Of a stretch of 64,000 bases of DNA, positions 37,400-50,966 are shown piece after piece. The position numbers were made by a program, and so were the translations under genes. The notes beneath the pieces were generated by a model. It had not been told where the DNA came from, searched no databases, and saw nothing but the letters and a program-made list of their open reading frames with translations. Every line of letters begins with the position of its first letter. Position 1 is the stretch's first letter. The stretch is from Lama guanicoe (taxonomy: Eukaryota): the NCBI GenBank assembly GCA_013239625.1, contig MU053551.1, forward strand, positions 12,874 through 76,873. Direction: 5' to 3'.

Positions 37400-39055
37400 A
37401 CTGCATTTTGATTGTTTTAAAAATAGGTGACCTGAAACCTACTACTTATCCATGTTGAGTGTACAGTTCAGTGGCCTTAAGTGCAGTCACAAGGTTGAGG
37501 AATTATCATTACTACCTAGTTCCAGAGCTTTTTCTTTCACCCTCAAGGAAACCTAGTATCCACCAAGCAACACTCTCCCCCTTAGCCCCTGGCAACCACA
37601 GATCCATTCTCTCTTTCTGCATTTGTCTGTTCTAGATAGTTCATGCAAGTGGAATTAAACAATATGTGGCCTTTTGTGTCTGGCTTCTTTAACTTAATAT
37701 AATGTTTTCAAAGTTCGTAAACGTTGTAGCATATATCAGCACTTCTTTCCTTTTTTATGACTGAATAATATTCTATTACATAGCTATAGGGTATTTTGTT
37801 TCTCTATGCATTTCACCCTTTGATTATTGTAAACCATGCTGCTATGAACATTCACGTACAAGTATTTGTTTGAGTGTCCGTTTTCAGTCCTTTGGGGTAT
37901 ATACTGCTGGGTAAAATGTTAATTTGATATTTGACTTACTGGGAATTGCCAAACTGTTTTCCAAAGTGATGGTCCCATTTTAATTTTATGAGGGTTCCAA
38001 TTTCTCCACATTCTCATTGACACTTGTCTGTAATCTGTTTTTTGATTATGCCCTCCTGGCGGATGTGCAGTGATACCTCTTTGTGGTTTGGATTTACATT
38101 TGCCTAATGACTAATGACTAAGGACTTTGATCATCATTTCATGTGCTTATCAGGCATTTTTATATCTACTTTGAGATATGTCTGTTCAGATCTTTTGCCA
38201 GTTTTTTAATTGAATTGCTTGTCTTTTCATTATGAAGTTGTAAGTGTTATTTATATTTCATGGATATTAGATACTTACCAGATGGATGATTTGAAAATGG
38301 TTTCTTCCGTTCTGTGGGTTTTCTTTTCACTCTGTTGATAGTATTTGATGCCCAAAGTTTGAATGACAAAAGTTTTTAGTTTGGATAAAGTCTAACATTT
38401 GTAGTTTTCTTTGTTGCCTGTGTTTTTCATACCATATTTAAGAAGCCATTACCAAATTCAAAACCATATACTTTTACTCATGTTTTCTTCAGAAAGTTTT
38501 ATAGGTTTTGCTCTTACATTTAGTTCTTTGATCTATTTTGAATTTATTTTTGTTGTGTGATATGTTAGGGGTCAACTTGTAAACAAGGAGTGTGTGTGTG
38601 TTCATGTGAGTGCTAGTTGATCCAGCACCATTTGTTGAAAAAACTTTTTCTTTCCCTGTTGAAATTTCTTGGCTCCTTAGTCAAAAATCAACTGACCTTA
38701 AATTTGAGTATGTTTCTGGATGGTCAATTCTTTTTGAGTGATCTGTATGTCTATCTTAGGCTAATACTGCATTTTTATTACTGTCGCTTCGTAGTAAGTT
38801 TTGAAATCACGTTTGAGAAATGTGTATCCTTCTGCTTTGTCCTTCATTTTCAGGATTATTCTGGATTCAGGGCTCCTTGTATTCCCTACAGATTTCAGAA
38901 TTGGCTCTTCTATTTCTGGAAAAAAAAAACACCACTGGGATTTGGTACAAATTGCTCTGAATTCGTAGATCAATTTGGGTAGTATTGCCATCTTAAAAAT
39001 ATTTAGTCTTCCAATTCGTAAACACAGAATGACAGAATGTCTTTGTATTTATTTG
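37400..39055 (-). mobile_element. Ancient L1 (L1MB-like) 3' portion
   Basis: gtgtacagttcagtggc...cccctggcaaccac... ORF 38761..38991 (MAILPKLIYEF...DFKTYYEATVIK) is an ORF2p remnant. Confidence 0.9.
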
Positions 39056-39170
39056 TTCTTATGAGGTTGATTCATAGAGACCCCTCCTCTACCATTTTTG
39101 CCTACATCACTGCTGTCACTGGTTCTTGATCTGAAATGTAAAACCAGTTGAAAATCAAATATTTTGCTAT

Positions 39171-39240
39171 ACACACACACACACACACACACATACCCAT
39201 ACATACATACATACATACATAGATATACATATATACATAC
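39171..39240. repeat. Compound (CA)n-(TACA)n microsatellite
   Basis: Direct. Confidence 0.95.
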
Positions 39241-40062
39241 TGCTTTATGAAGTTGTACCGCAATACATGTTTTAAAATATTATCTTTGCATTTATTGTGT
39301 ATCAGGAAATTATTGTATCTCTACTGTGTACCTGGTGCTATACTCAGTGTGGAACTGAATATATCAGAAGGCACTTTACCTGACCTTAGAGTCCTCAGTG
39401 TAGGCGGGAGAGGCAGACCAGTAAGCAGACAACTCCTTAGATGATAAAAGCTAGGGATTGATGCTTGTGTATTTATTCCTTATTTCATTTATTCATTCAG
39501 TAGGAAACAAATGCCAGCTTCCTGTCCAGTTAATCACCCCTGGTTTTCTCTGAAGAATGGTACACAAAGTAAGCAAGAAGCATGGATAAAAGGGCCACAT
39601 GTATAACTGCAAATATTTCATACCTCAAAAGCAATGATTTATAGCTTGGAACTAAAGATCTAGAAGCCACATTTCACTCTTCTATTTCTCTATAAGTCAA
39701 AATGAAAAACGTTATTTCTTTCTGTGGGTCCACAGAAACGAAAGCCCACAAACTCATCTTAGGGTTCAGGTGAGCACCTGAAAAGACCATATTAGGGTCA
39801 CCATTATTAGCACGTCTCTGCACAAGGTATTCAGCCAGACACTTGAAAGACAGGATGAGGGGGAAAAAGCAGAGATGGCTATAAAATCCTTTAGGTAATT
39901 TGGAAATGCAGCATAATTCAAGCCAATATTGCACTCTCTCTAGTAGTCCTTAGAACCAAGAGAGCATATCTTTGAAATCCACTGATCTAGAGAAGGAATG
40001 GCTATCTTATTGCACGTTTTGTGGCAACATTTACTATATCTCTTAGAAAGTAGTATCACCTC

Positions 40063-40096
40063 AACACACACACAAACACACACACACACACACACA
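40063..40096. repeat. (CA)n microsatellite
   Basis: Direct. Confidence 0.95.
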
Positions 40097-40329
40097 CTCC
40101 TGATGAAATACTAGGAGAATTATTATTTCAGAAGAGTGGAACACGATTTTGATGAAGCCTCAGACATCACTCCTGTGTTTTTATAAGGATAGTTTACTTG
40201 GCACTCACCTGGATCCATCACAGATGAGATTTGCCTTTACTGTGAAGAGGATCATTAAAGATTACTAACTGGAACATGAGGGCAATAAAAACTCAAATAA
40301 CTGTGTAAGTGTGAGACAGGTTCTCACTA

Positions 40330-40690
40330 GACCTGCTGCAGTGACGTTAGGAACGGTATGCTGTGAGGCACGAGAAGAGCATCACCATGCTCTGAGATGT
40401 GCAAGTGTCTGAGCACATAAAGACCCACGGTAGAGAACGGATTCCGTTGATACTAAATACCCAGAGCAGGTAGCATATAAAGGTGGGGCGCTGACTGACT
40501 GCTGCCAGGGACTGGAGAAGAGTGAAATGGCAGGTGACTGTCTAGTGGGTACAGGGATTTCTTCTCAGGTGCTGAAAATGTTTTGGAATTAGACAGAAGG
40601 GGCTGTGACAGTATTATGAATGTACCAGTGAATTGCACAACTTAAATGGCTTAATTTTATGTTATGTAACTTTCACCTCAATGAAAATAA
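40330..40690 (+). mobile_element. Ancient L1 3'UTR fragment
   Basis: gggtacagggatt...tgaaaatgttttggaattagacag...aattttatgttatgtaactttcacctcaat. Confidence 0.75.
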
Positions 40691-41356
40691 CTAAGAATAA
40701 AACTTTTTTTTGAAAAGCTAGGTTGCAGCAGAGGCTGCTTTTAGTTTATATATATAAAAAAATATTACTTTTGATGTCCCCTTAAGTCACAGACACATGT
40801 GTTTACCTCTAAAACCTTGTAGTCAGTCTATTAACGTCAGTCTATTGTGATGGCTATATTTTATTCCACATTAATTCTAATGACCCAGTAAATTTCAAGC
40901 CTTGTTGAGCCTGACAATGTACCAGTGATAGGATGTTTATTCTCAAATTTAACATCCCCTAAGTCTGAATTAGTTTCCCCCAGTCTAGGTTAATGTGGGT
41001 AGTGAACTTGAGGTGGGACAGGAGGCCCATCCTGCATGGCCTTTCCATACTCAGGCTCCATCTTCCTTATCTTTGCCTACACCAACCCCACACCCATCTG
41101 GCGATCTTATAATGACAATACGATGTTGCAGCATATGATGCAGAAAGGGGTTAAAGCAAAGCAAATACTATCCTCAAAGTATCTTTTTCTCATAATTGAG
41201 CTTATAACAATCCAGGGGAAAGAGATAACCTTTAATCTAGCAGTTTTTTTACCTCATATGTGTAAAACTCATACAATAGTGTCTTCCGGACATTAAGAAC
41301 ATTTATTAGCTGAAACAAAGCCACAGATTTTGTTTTCTCTTAATAACTTACAAATG

Positions 41357-44300
41357 GGGGAGGAGATCAAGATGGTAGAGTAAGAGGATGTGGAGCTCAC
41401 TTCCCCTACCGTGAACCCATCCAAAATACATCCACATTTGAAACACTTCTCACTGACACTAACTGAAAACCGGCAGAAGAACTTGTGTACAACTAAGACT
41501 GTAAGAAATATACACATGTAATCAGGTAGGGAAGGTAGAAAAACAGTCCGATTAGGACCTGTGTCCTTGGGAGGGGACTCAGGAAAAGGGAGATTGCATT
41601 GGCAGATGCCTGTCCTGGAGAAGGAGTAAGCTGAGCCACAGATCGGGCATCCTGGTCATGGGAAAGAAAAATCTCAAGTAATCTAACCTACCAACGAAAA
41701 GAGTTAGAGAAAGAACACACAAAGCTTGATGTCAGCAGAGGGAAGGAACTAACAAAGATCAGAGGAGAAATAAATAAAATAGAGATAAAAATAGAAAAGA
41801 ACAGTGAAACCAAGAGCTGGTTTGTGGGGAAAAATTAAACAAAATTGATTAAAAAAAATTAGCCAGGTTTACCAAGAAGAAAAGGACAGGAATCAAATAA
41901 AATAAGAAATGAAAAAGGAGAAATAACAGTCAATTCACAGAGGTATAAAAAATTATAAGAGAATATTATGAACAGTTGTATGCTAAGAAATTGCACAACC
42001 TAGAATAAGTAGACAAATCCCTAGAAATAGAAAACCTGCCAAAACTGAATCAAGAAGAAAAATATCAATTGAACAGACCAATCACTAGTGGTGAAATTGA
42101 ATTTGTAAAAACAAACAAACAAAAAACAACTTCCAGCAACCGAATTCCAGGACCAGATCGCTTCCCAGGGGAATTCTACCAAACCTATAGGAAACTAATA
42201 GCTGTCCTTCTCAAACTGTTCCAGAAATTTATTCTATGTGGCCACTATCACCCTTGTACCAAAACCAAGGGACTACCAAGAAAGAAAATTCTAGGCCAGC
42301 ATTTTTGATGAATATAGATGCAAATATGCTCCACCAAATAGCAAGCCAAATCCAACAGTATGTAAAAAGTATCAGACACCATGTCCCAGTTAGGCTTATT
42401 CCAGGGTCACAAGGATGTCCGACATATAAGAATCCATCTACATGATATACCACAGTAACGAAAGGAAGGATAAACATCACCAGAACATCTCCGCCAGAAC
42501 ACAGACACGCACAAAAAACATTTGACTGAATTCAACGTCCATTCATGGTAAAAACAAACAAACAAACAAAACTATTGTCACAATTTGGGTACAGAGGGAA
42601 CACATCTAAACATAATACAGGCCATTTATGACAAACTCGAGGCTAACATCCCCCTCATCAGTGAGAAACTGAAAGCCTTCCCTGTAAAGGCATGAACACA
42701 AGGGTGCCTCCTCTCACCACTTGAGTTGGACACAGAGCTGAAAGTCCTAGCCGCGGCAATCAGTGAAAAGCAACAAAAGCATCCAGACTGGAAGGGAAGA
42801 GGCAAAACTCACTATTTGCAGATGCCATGATACTTTGTATAGAAAACCCTAAAGCCTCCACCCAAAAACTGTTAGAACTAATAAATGAATCAGCGAAGTT
42901 GCAGGGTGAAAAGTTAATATACAGCAATCTGTTTCATTTCTATGCACTAATAGTTTAATACCAGAAAGAGAAAACAAAAGCAATCCTGTTAAAAACTGCA
43001 TCCAATAGAATAAAATACCTATGAATAAATTTAACCAAGAAAGTGAAAGACATACCCTCGGACAACTGTAAATTAAGGCACTGAGGATAATTGAAGGTGA
43101 TCTAAAGAAATGGTAACATATCCTCTGCCCTTGAAAGAGAAGAATTAATATTGTTAAAATCTCCATACTGTCCAAAGCAATCTACAGATTTAATGCAATC
43201 CCTGTCAATGTACCTAGGACATTTTTCACAGAACTATAACTAATAATCCTAAAATGTATCTGGAAACACAAAAGATGGCAGAAATAAACCCATGCAACTA
43301 TATTCAATTAAGCTGTGACAAAGGAGGCAAGAATATACAGTGAAGAAAAGAGAGTCTCTTCAGTAAGTGGTTCTGGGAAAACTGGACAGCTATGGGTAAA
43401 ATAATAAAACTAGAGTATTACCTCACATCATATACAAAAAATAAACTCAAAATGGATTAAACACCTAAATATAAGGCTGGAAACCATAGAACTAGTAGAA
43501 AACACAGGCAGAACACTGACAGAAATTGTAGCAGTATTTTTTTCAGATCTGTCTCCTAAGGCAAGAGAAATAAAAATAAACAGGAACTTAATTAAATTTT
43601 AAATCTTTTGCACATCTGTGGAAACCAAAACTATCAACAAAACTGAAAGACGACCTACTGAATGGGAGAAAATACTTGCAAATAATATGATGTATAAGGG
43701 TTTAATATCTAAAATACATCCACAGCTCATACTACTCAATATTGAAAAGCAATCAACCCAATCAAAAAGTGAGCAGAAGACCTGAATAGACACTTTCCCA
43801 AAGAAGACATACAGATGGCTAAAAGGCATTTGAGAAGATGGGCAGCACTGCTCCCAAATCAAAACAACAAGCAGATATCACTTCACACTTGTCAGCATGG
43901 CTATCATCAAAAATCTACAAATAAGAGATGCTAGTGGAGAACAGGGAACCCTGTACACTGGTGGGGGGAATGTCAGTTGCCACAATGAAAAGAATATGGA
44001 GCTGCCTCAGAAAACTAAAAATAGAACTACCATGTGATCCAGCAAGTCTAATCTTGGGTATATATCTGGAAAAAACAAAAACACTAATTGCAAAAGATAC
44101 ATGCACCCAGTGTTCTTAGCAGCACTGTTTTCAATAGCCAAGTTGTGGAAGCAACCCAAATGCTCATTAACAGCTGAACAGATAAAGAAATGGAAGATAT
44201 AGATGTGTATATATACAATGAAATATTTATTAGTCATTAAAAAGAATGAAATTCTGCCATTTGCAGCAATGTGGATGGGCCTAGAGGAGATTATGCTTAG

Positions 44301-44659
44301 TGAATAAGTCAGAGAAAGACAAATACTGCATAATACCACTTATATGGGGAATCTAAAAAAAAAAAATGAAGAAATGTATATGCAAAACAGGAACAGACTC
44401 ACAGATACAGAAAACAACGTTATGGTTACCAAAGAGGAGAGGGAAGGGAAGAGGGGTAATTAGTGGTATGGGACTAAGAGAGACACACTACTGTGGATAA
44501 AATGAATAAGCATCAAGGATGTACTGTATAACACGTTACTATGTATAGCCATTTTCTTATAATAACTTTTATTGAAGTATAATCTGTATAAATACTGAAT
44601 CAATATACTATCTACCTGGAATTAATACAATATTGTAAGTCAACTCTCCTTCAATAAGA
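41357..44659 (+). mobile_element. L1 with intact 5' and 3' termini and a TSD but lacking ORF1 and the endonuclease domain (about 3.3 kb)
   Basis: The 5'UTR starts ggaggagatcaagatgg. ORF2 remnants include NRPITSGEIE, PGPDRFPGEFYQTY and [14 protein letters not shown]. The 3'UTR ends caactctccttcaataa. TSD matches 13/15: aataacttacaaatg (41342-41356) and aagaacatacaaatg (44660-44674). Confidence 0.92.
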
Positions 44660-45249
44660 AAGAACATACAAATGAATACATGTGGAAATTAAATGAATGA
44701 ATGAATCAGTGCAATGATAAATTTCATAGAATGATAGAGCCGATGAGACTTGAGAAAACTATTATAACCAAAACAAATCCTCAAATCTTCTAAGACATTT
44801 AGCTCTTTGGTGGTAAAATGGATAAATCAAAACCATCCTATTCTTACTTGGGTAGAGCTGGTCACTTCTCTGAATAATAATTTATTACAGCTTTATAGGG
44901 CTGAATGGTCTGCAATGTAACCTACTAACTCAGACATCTTTGGAGTCTAGAACAACTTCTGTGTTGGTCGTTACCTGTGTTGTAAAGATGAAGAAAGTGG
45001 AGCCAGTTAGTCAGCTGTCTCCATGCTTGATTTTTTTGAGCATTAACAAATGAATGAATAAAGCCCAGAGAAACTAAGTTACTTGCCCTACATTATAGAA
45101 CCATTAAAAGGTATAAATTTGAATTCAGGTTTTCTGCCTCCAGCTTGTGTTAGTTTTGTGACACCATCAACACAATTCTTACATTCTCAGATTCTTCCAG
45201 GTGAACATTTTATGGCAGTGGTAAGGTTTCTGTTGAATATTTTCTGTTT

Positions 45250-45782
45250 AATCTCATCACTTTAATATAAGACCTAAATCTGACTTTACCTTCGGCAGCA
45301 CTGAATAATTAATTAAAAGTTAGAATTCAGCTAGAACTTTTTTGGTTAATTACTTTTAATATGTGAATTTATTAGAAGATGAATAATGCATGTCTGTACC
45401 AAGATAAGTAGCTAGCAGTAACTCTTTGCCAGTAAGTTATGATATATTTTAATGATAAGGAACGTGAGGAGTATTTAACCCCCATTTTACAAATGAGGAA
45501 GCTGAGACTCCTGGCTTTGTTATGAACAATCTCATCACTTTAATATAAAAAAGTCAGACCTAAATCTGACTTTACCTTCGGCAGCACTGAATAATTAATT
45601 AAAAGTTAGAATTCAGCTAGAACTTTTTTGGTTAATTACTTTTAATATGTGAATTTATTAGAAGATGAATAATGCATGTCTGTACCAAGATAAGTAGCTA
45701 GCAGTAACTCTTTGCCAGTAAGTTATGATATATTTTAATGATAAGGAACGTGAGGAGTATTTAACCCCCATTTTACAAATGA
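45250..45782. repeat. Direct duplication 45250-45496 / 45528-45782 with a 31-bp spacer
   Basis: The copies are identical except for an 8-bp insertion (aaaagtca) in copy 2. Confidence 0.97.
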
Positions 45783-46232
45783 ATATAAAAATAAAAATCC
45801 AGATAATTAAATTCACTAATAAATATATGAAAGAGAAGTAGGAAAAAACAAAATGAGGACAGAGTAAGTTATACTAACCAATGCATTTTATTGCATTTCA
45901 AACAGACTGAAAAATGTGTTGCATTTTTAAAACAGTGTTACATAAGATTCTTAGAAAAATGAGAACAAATATTTTCAACAGCAACAAATTTAAAATTCTT
46001 GCAATTTGGAAATAATAATACAAAGTCTCCCCAAATCTACCATTTAAGCTAAGAATATAAAATAATTAAAAACTGAAAACAAGTAATGCCAAAAAAGAAC
46101 ATGTGTTCTACAATTTTTCATGAATTTCTACTTGAAATTCTCACATTACATGAGTCTTATGGGTAAGATTATTCATAAGATACATCATATGCTCTTTGTA
46201 GACAGAATTTGATTTTTAATTTTTGTAATAGG

Positions 46233-46714
46233 TGTCGGCTGAAATAAATGCACAGCCTAAAAGTTAAAAGTTATGTTTTATTTGGCGGGAGGACTCGAGC
46301 CGGGGTGACAGCCCCTCAGATCGCTCTGAGGGACTGCTCCGAAGAGGTAGGGGAGGGGCCAGGATATATAGGAGCTTTACAACAAAGACACCAGGTAGTT
46401 GGAACAATAAAAGATTGCTTGTTATCTATAGACAACCAGGCATCTCAAGTTAAAGAATTTAGTGCTTTTCTATGTAGGGAAGGAAGCAAACATTTGGGCT
46501 CACTGATCTCATTCCTGTGACAAGCACCTGACTATCTAGGGCCGGCATCCTGTCCTTTCTTATTCTGAGTCCGCTCAGAGTGCACCATTGTGAGTGGCTG
46601 CAGGCCTGTCCTCACTGGGGGGTGGCGGCAGCCACTGATGACTTGGTTTCAGCATTCTTTGTTTACTGATATGGTTGCAGTATCTTCATTCACATCGCAA
46701 TATTTTCGTTCACA
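46233..46714 (-). mobile_element. Solo ERV1-type LTR with 4-bp TSD, same family as 8034-8541
   Basis: TAGG at 46229-46232 and 46715-46718. Shares ctctgagggactgctc...gaagaggtaggggag and agcattctttgtttactgat with the 8034 copy. Confidence 0.92.
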
Positions 46715-46739
46715 TAGGTAAGAAAAGTAAGACCTAGCC

Positions 46740-46863
46740 TGTTCTCCTTCATCCCCAGTTCCCCTCAGGGAGTACCAGAGATGGACGCTGCAGTGGCTGA
46801 TGGCTTGATGGAGGGCAACGTTCTTTGTTTACTGGAATGGCAGACAACAACTTTTTGTCTGCA
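46740..46863 (-). mobile_element. Fragment of a related older LTR
   Basis: gctgcagtggctgatggcttgatgg...ttctttgtttactggaatggcag resembles the terminal part of the adjacent LTR family. Confidence 0.6.
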
Positions 46864-46898
46864 GAGATAAAATATATTTAGAATTTATTTGGTCCTAG

Positions 46899-47524
46899 TG
46901 ATGCAGGAAAAACTGATGTGGGCTGTGAGGAGGGCCGTGTCCCAGGCTTCGGCTGAGCCCTTGGGATGCGCCCCGCCAAGTATGGGTCCTTGGCTTCACC
47001 TAGGAAAGAATTCAAGAGCAAGCCCCTGTTGAGTAAAAATAGATTTATTCATAGAGATTCATTGAAAGGCAAGAGAAAGGCCATGAGGTGTGGAGGGTGG
47101 GTGCTCAGATTAAAAGTAGGTACACGGTCCATAGACAGAGTGTGGGCTGTCTCTGAACAGAGAGAGAGGCAGCAGCTGCAAGGCGCCACATTGCTAGTTT
47201 TTATGGGCTTGGTGGCTTCATATGCCAGTAAGTGGAAGGACCAGTCTAAGTAGCCTGAGGAAGGGGCTGGGATTCCCAGGAAGTTGGCCATTTCCCACTC
47301 TTTGACCTTCTGTGGCTAGCCTTGGGGCTGCCATGGGCCTGTGGGCATGTTATTCACCGTGTTAATACACTACAATGAGCATATAATGAAGCTCAAGATC
47401 TGCTAGAAGTCAAATCTCCCACCATCCTGAGCCTCAAGGCCTCCTGGGGGTTGAATCTTCACCATTTTGATGTTAATGGCTGTACATTCCTTGAATGGCT
47501 GTTCCCCGCCCCCTTCCTGTCTCA
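46899..47524 (-). mobile_element. Solo ERV1-type LTR
   Basis: Inverted termini TGATGCAGGAA ... TTCCTGTCTCA, TSD ctag/ctgg, and a minus-strand AATAAA near 47045. Confidence 0.85.
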
Positions 47525-48903
47525 CTGGTAGCTCGTAAGACATTCTGTTCCTTTTTTTCCCCTCAGTCAGATAAATATAATCTAATTCATATCCTCAGAA
47601 ACACATTACAGTTCATTCATTACCTTTTCTCAGTCTCTTCTGTGATTATTAATAAAGTTCAGTTTCCAGTTACCTAATCACCATCGCCATACCTGTTCCA
47701 AACAACAGATACTTTGCTAATGTGCTTTTCAAACAGCTTCTTGATAAGATGCAATTATAATTTACCATTTCATTTTTGTTACTTATCATATGGAGACTGA
47801 GGAAAATAAGCATAGAAGAAAGTCCATTTTTTTGAAAACCATTAACCTTGCAAACATTTGATGTGATAAAAAAGAGACTCAACAAAATGTATTTTCTTTC
47901 ACTAATAGAAATGTGAAACATCACTATGTTTTTATATCATGATTGACCCAAACAGTGTTATTTTGATCAGAGACAAGGATTTAATCTTGGGTTTCTTATC
48001 TCATTTATAGTGCTATATTCAGACCCTAACAAAGTGTCTAAAATAAACTCTTTAGGGCCAAATGCCCAGCAAAACCTGCTACTTGATTACAGCGTTATTT
48101 CTATTTGTTATTTTCAAGGGCTAGATAGGAGAGGACATAGATATATAGAACTTGACTCAAAATCTCACTGCCTTACAAACACAAACAGGTGACCCCTTCT
48201 GAACTGAATTGCTTGAGCCTTCAGAATCAGAAGGCAATGAAGCCCCTTGTCCTGTTGGCTGTAACTCATCATTCACCCTTAAGACACTTTGGAACACGTT
48301 TAGTTTAATAGATTCTAAATATTTAGTGCCCATCAATTGTGGTGCTCTTGGCAGCAAGGTTTATAAATTTTCCTCAAAAGTTTTGGAGTTAATATGTTTC
48401 ACTAAGAAGCTAAATTGTTATCAAATAGCAGAATAATAGGGCCCACTAATTAGAAACTCATTTTGCTGCTAAACTGGTCCTTTTGGAGATTACAATGTAA
48501 TTTTCCCATTAAAGGCACTTTGATACGCTTGAAAGAGGGTTTATTTGAAGTTTCCTTTATGCTAAGGATGGAGAACTCTGCTCTTTGCAGTATTGTCTTT
48601 GTTACAGGGCTTTTGAAATGTAAAAGCAATTGCTTAAGCACTGATGGTGTGCATTGGTTGCATATGAGTCACTGTACTTCAACTATTCCTATTTCAGGAG
48701 CAAAGAACCAATTAGCCACCAATGCTGTTGTCTTCTAACTTAGTAAAGAAAAATTTCAGAAGGTTGCAATGAAAGCAAGAAGTACTGCTCCAAATGGAGC
48801 GTCAGAGTCCCAGTTAAGAAAGAAAAAAGAAAAGGAAGGAAAGACAGACAGACACATACAGACAAGAACATTCTGAAGCCCCTTTTCTAAAATTTCTGGC
48901 CTA

Positions 48904-49363
48904 TGTTGACAAAAAATCAATCAAAGTAAGAAAGAAATGGAAAATTTTATTTGAGCCAAATGGACTATTGTTACCCAGAAACAGCATATCAGAAAACCCC
49001 AAGATCTGCTCTGCCAGTTAGAAGTCAAAGCATAATTACATAGGTTGTTGAGACAGAGGGCTATACATTAAATGATGTATTATTGACAGTTTACACAATC
49101 TAGCACAAAGCAGTGGGTCATGGATCCCTGGGGTCCCTTACAAGATTAAGAAGAAATCTTATCTTTTAAGTAGATGTCTTACTGGTGATGGGAAAATGCT
49201 GCTCTTTATGTTTGAGCAGGTATTTTGCCTACGAGGAAGTTGTTCAGGGCGTCATGTAGGCACACAGTGCACAGCAGAGGGGAGGGAGGAGTCCAAAGTG
49301 CAGATAACATTTTTTATGTTTGAATTTTTCTTGTCTTGCCATAAAATGTGAATGTATTTTATA
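48904..49363 (-). mobile_element. Solo ERV LTR
   Basis: TGTTGAC start, TSD ccta/cctg, and a minus-strand AATAAA near 48946. Homologous to 24921-25326. Confidence 0.8.
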
Positions 49364-50286
49364 CCTGTTATGTAAGAATATTGAGGATGAATTATTGATT
49401 GAAAGAATAAGAAAAGTCAGGTCCTATAGTCTCTAATTTTCATAGGTCCATGAAACAATCCTGAAATAGAAGAATTGTTAGGGAAATTATAATGTTTAAT
49501 CCAATCAGAGATGAACAGCATTTTATTTAAATGTTGAGGGACATATAATTCCTGCTGGTTCATCCAGTTGTGTAATGGACTGGGAATTAATACTTGCTTT
49601 TGTGAACAAAGATTGCAGGTTAAGATCTCAGAAGTGATTTCTGCCTGCCCGAGGTGATGCACTGACATGCTGCAATATGCCACTTCCTTATGAAAGACAT
49701 GAAGGTGAATAAGTTCCTGTGAGTAAAACTGGCCCAAATTTCACAAGCAGCTACAGAATGTTGAGAGTTGCAGTTGTTTACAGGCCAAAAGTAACATACC
49801 AAGAAGTCACATACCAAGAAAAGTATCTTGTTTTATACACATTACCAGTTGGATAGAAAATTTGGAAAAATGCTAGAGAGGTATTTTACTACCATTTATT
49901 ATGCTAATGGTAGCTATCAATGAAAACTCAACTCATAATCAAATTAACGGAGTATAATTAGAAGCTAATAGGTCATCTTTGGCTAGATCAAAGTTCTGGG
50001 TATACATTAGAAACACCTGGGGAGATTAAAAATACAAAATTTCCATTTCTGATAATTTTGAGTTAACCAGTGCTGACCTAATCCTCTTGGCAAAAACAAT
50101 TAGAAAGTCTAAATATAAAAAACAAATGTCTGGAAGTACTTCCGTGTGAGCAGAAGCAGGCCAAACGTGGAAGGGAGCCTAGGGGAGCATAACGTTTAGG
50201 TTACCTTTCCCATTCTCGGTGTTCTGTTGTGTTCAGTGCTGCTAAAGTCTAGCCACACAGGGAGGAGCTGCTTTCCTAGTCACTAC

Positions 50287-50966
50287 TGTTGCTGAACCAA
50301 ACTTGGATCTGCTCACCTACAGCATTGCAAAGCCAGCTTACTGACATCAGGTTGTGGTGAAGGAAAAGTACAGCTTTTATTTGCAGGGTGCCCAGCAAGG
50401 AGTATGGGCAGCTCATGCTCAAGAGACCCAAACTCCCAGATGGCTTTCAGAGAGGTGCTTTTAAAGGTAGCATTTAGGGGTTAGGGGCTGCAGGGTGCAT
50501 GGCTTTCTTCTGTTTGGTTGACAGTGAGTGGACAGGGTGGTGTTTCAGGGCTCTCAATCATTAATCTTCTGCTTTCAACCAGCCTAGGGTCTAGTGTTTG
50601 TGCTCAGCACATAATCACCATTCTCCACTGTGTGTGTATGTGTTGGGGGTGGTGGTGTCTTTGTAGGGGGAGGATCTGAACTCCTGAAGAACAACGGAAA
50701 GACACCTGTCAGACTGTTCTGTGCATCCCTTGAGGAGGAACTAGGACTCTGTTTCATTGCTGATTTCTTGTTATTTCTTTTCTTGTTTGACTGCTTTTCC
50801 TTTGTTTCTGCATTCCCTCACTTCCCTAATGAGTAACTGCCCATGTCTGCTCTTTGGAACTCAGGAAAGTTCTAGAAGACTAAAGCCTTTTACTAGAAAA
50901 AAGAAATGGGGGATGCATAGGAGCTTTGGTACTTGGGAGGGCCCTGCAGGGCCCTGCTTATTGTCA
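50287..50966 (-). mobile_element. Solo ERV1-type LTR
   Basis: TGTTGC...TGTCA termini, TSD ctac/ctat, and a minus-strand AATAAA near 50378. Its 5' end is homologous to the partial LTR at 57586. Confidence 0.85.

Noticed and set aside
42069..44339. Reverse-transcriptase-like ORFs as an active element or host gene
   Set aside because: They are fragmented L1 ORF2 with many stops, frameshifts and deletions.
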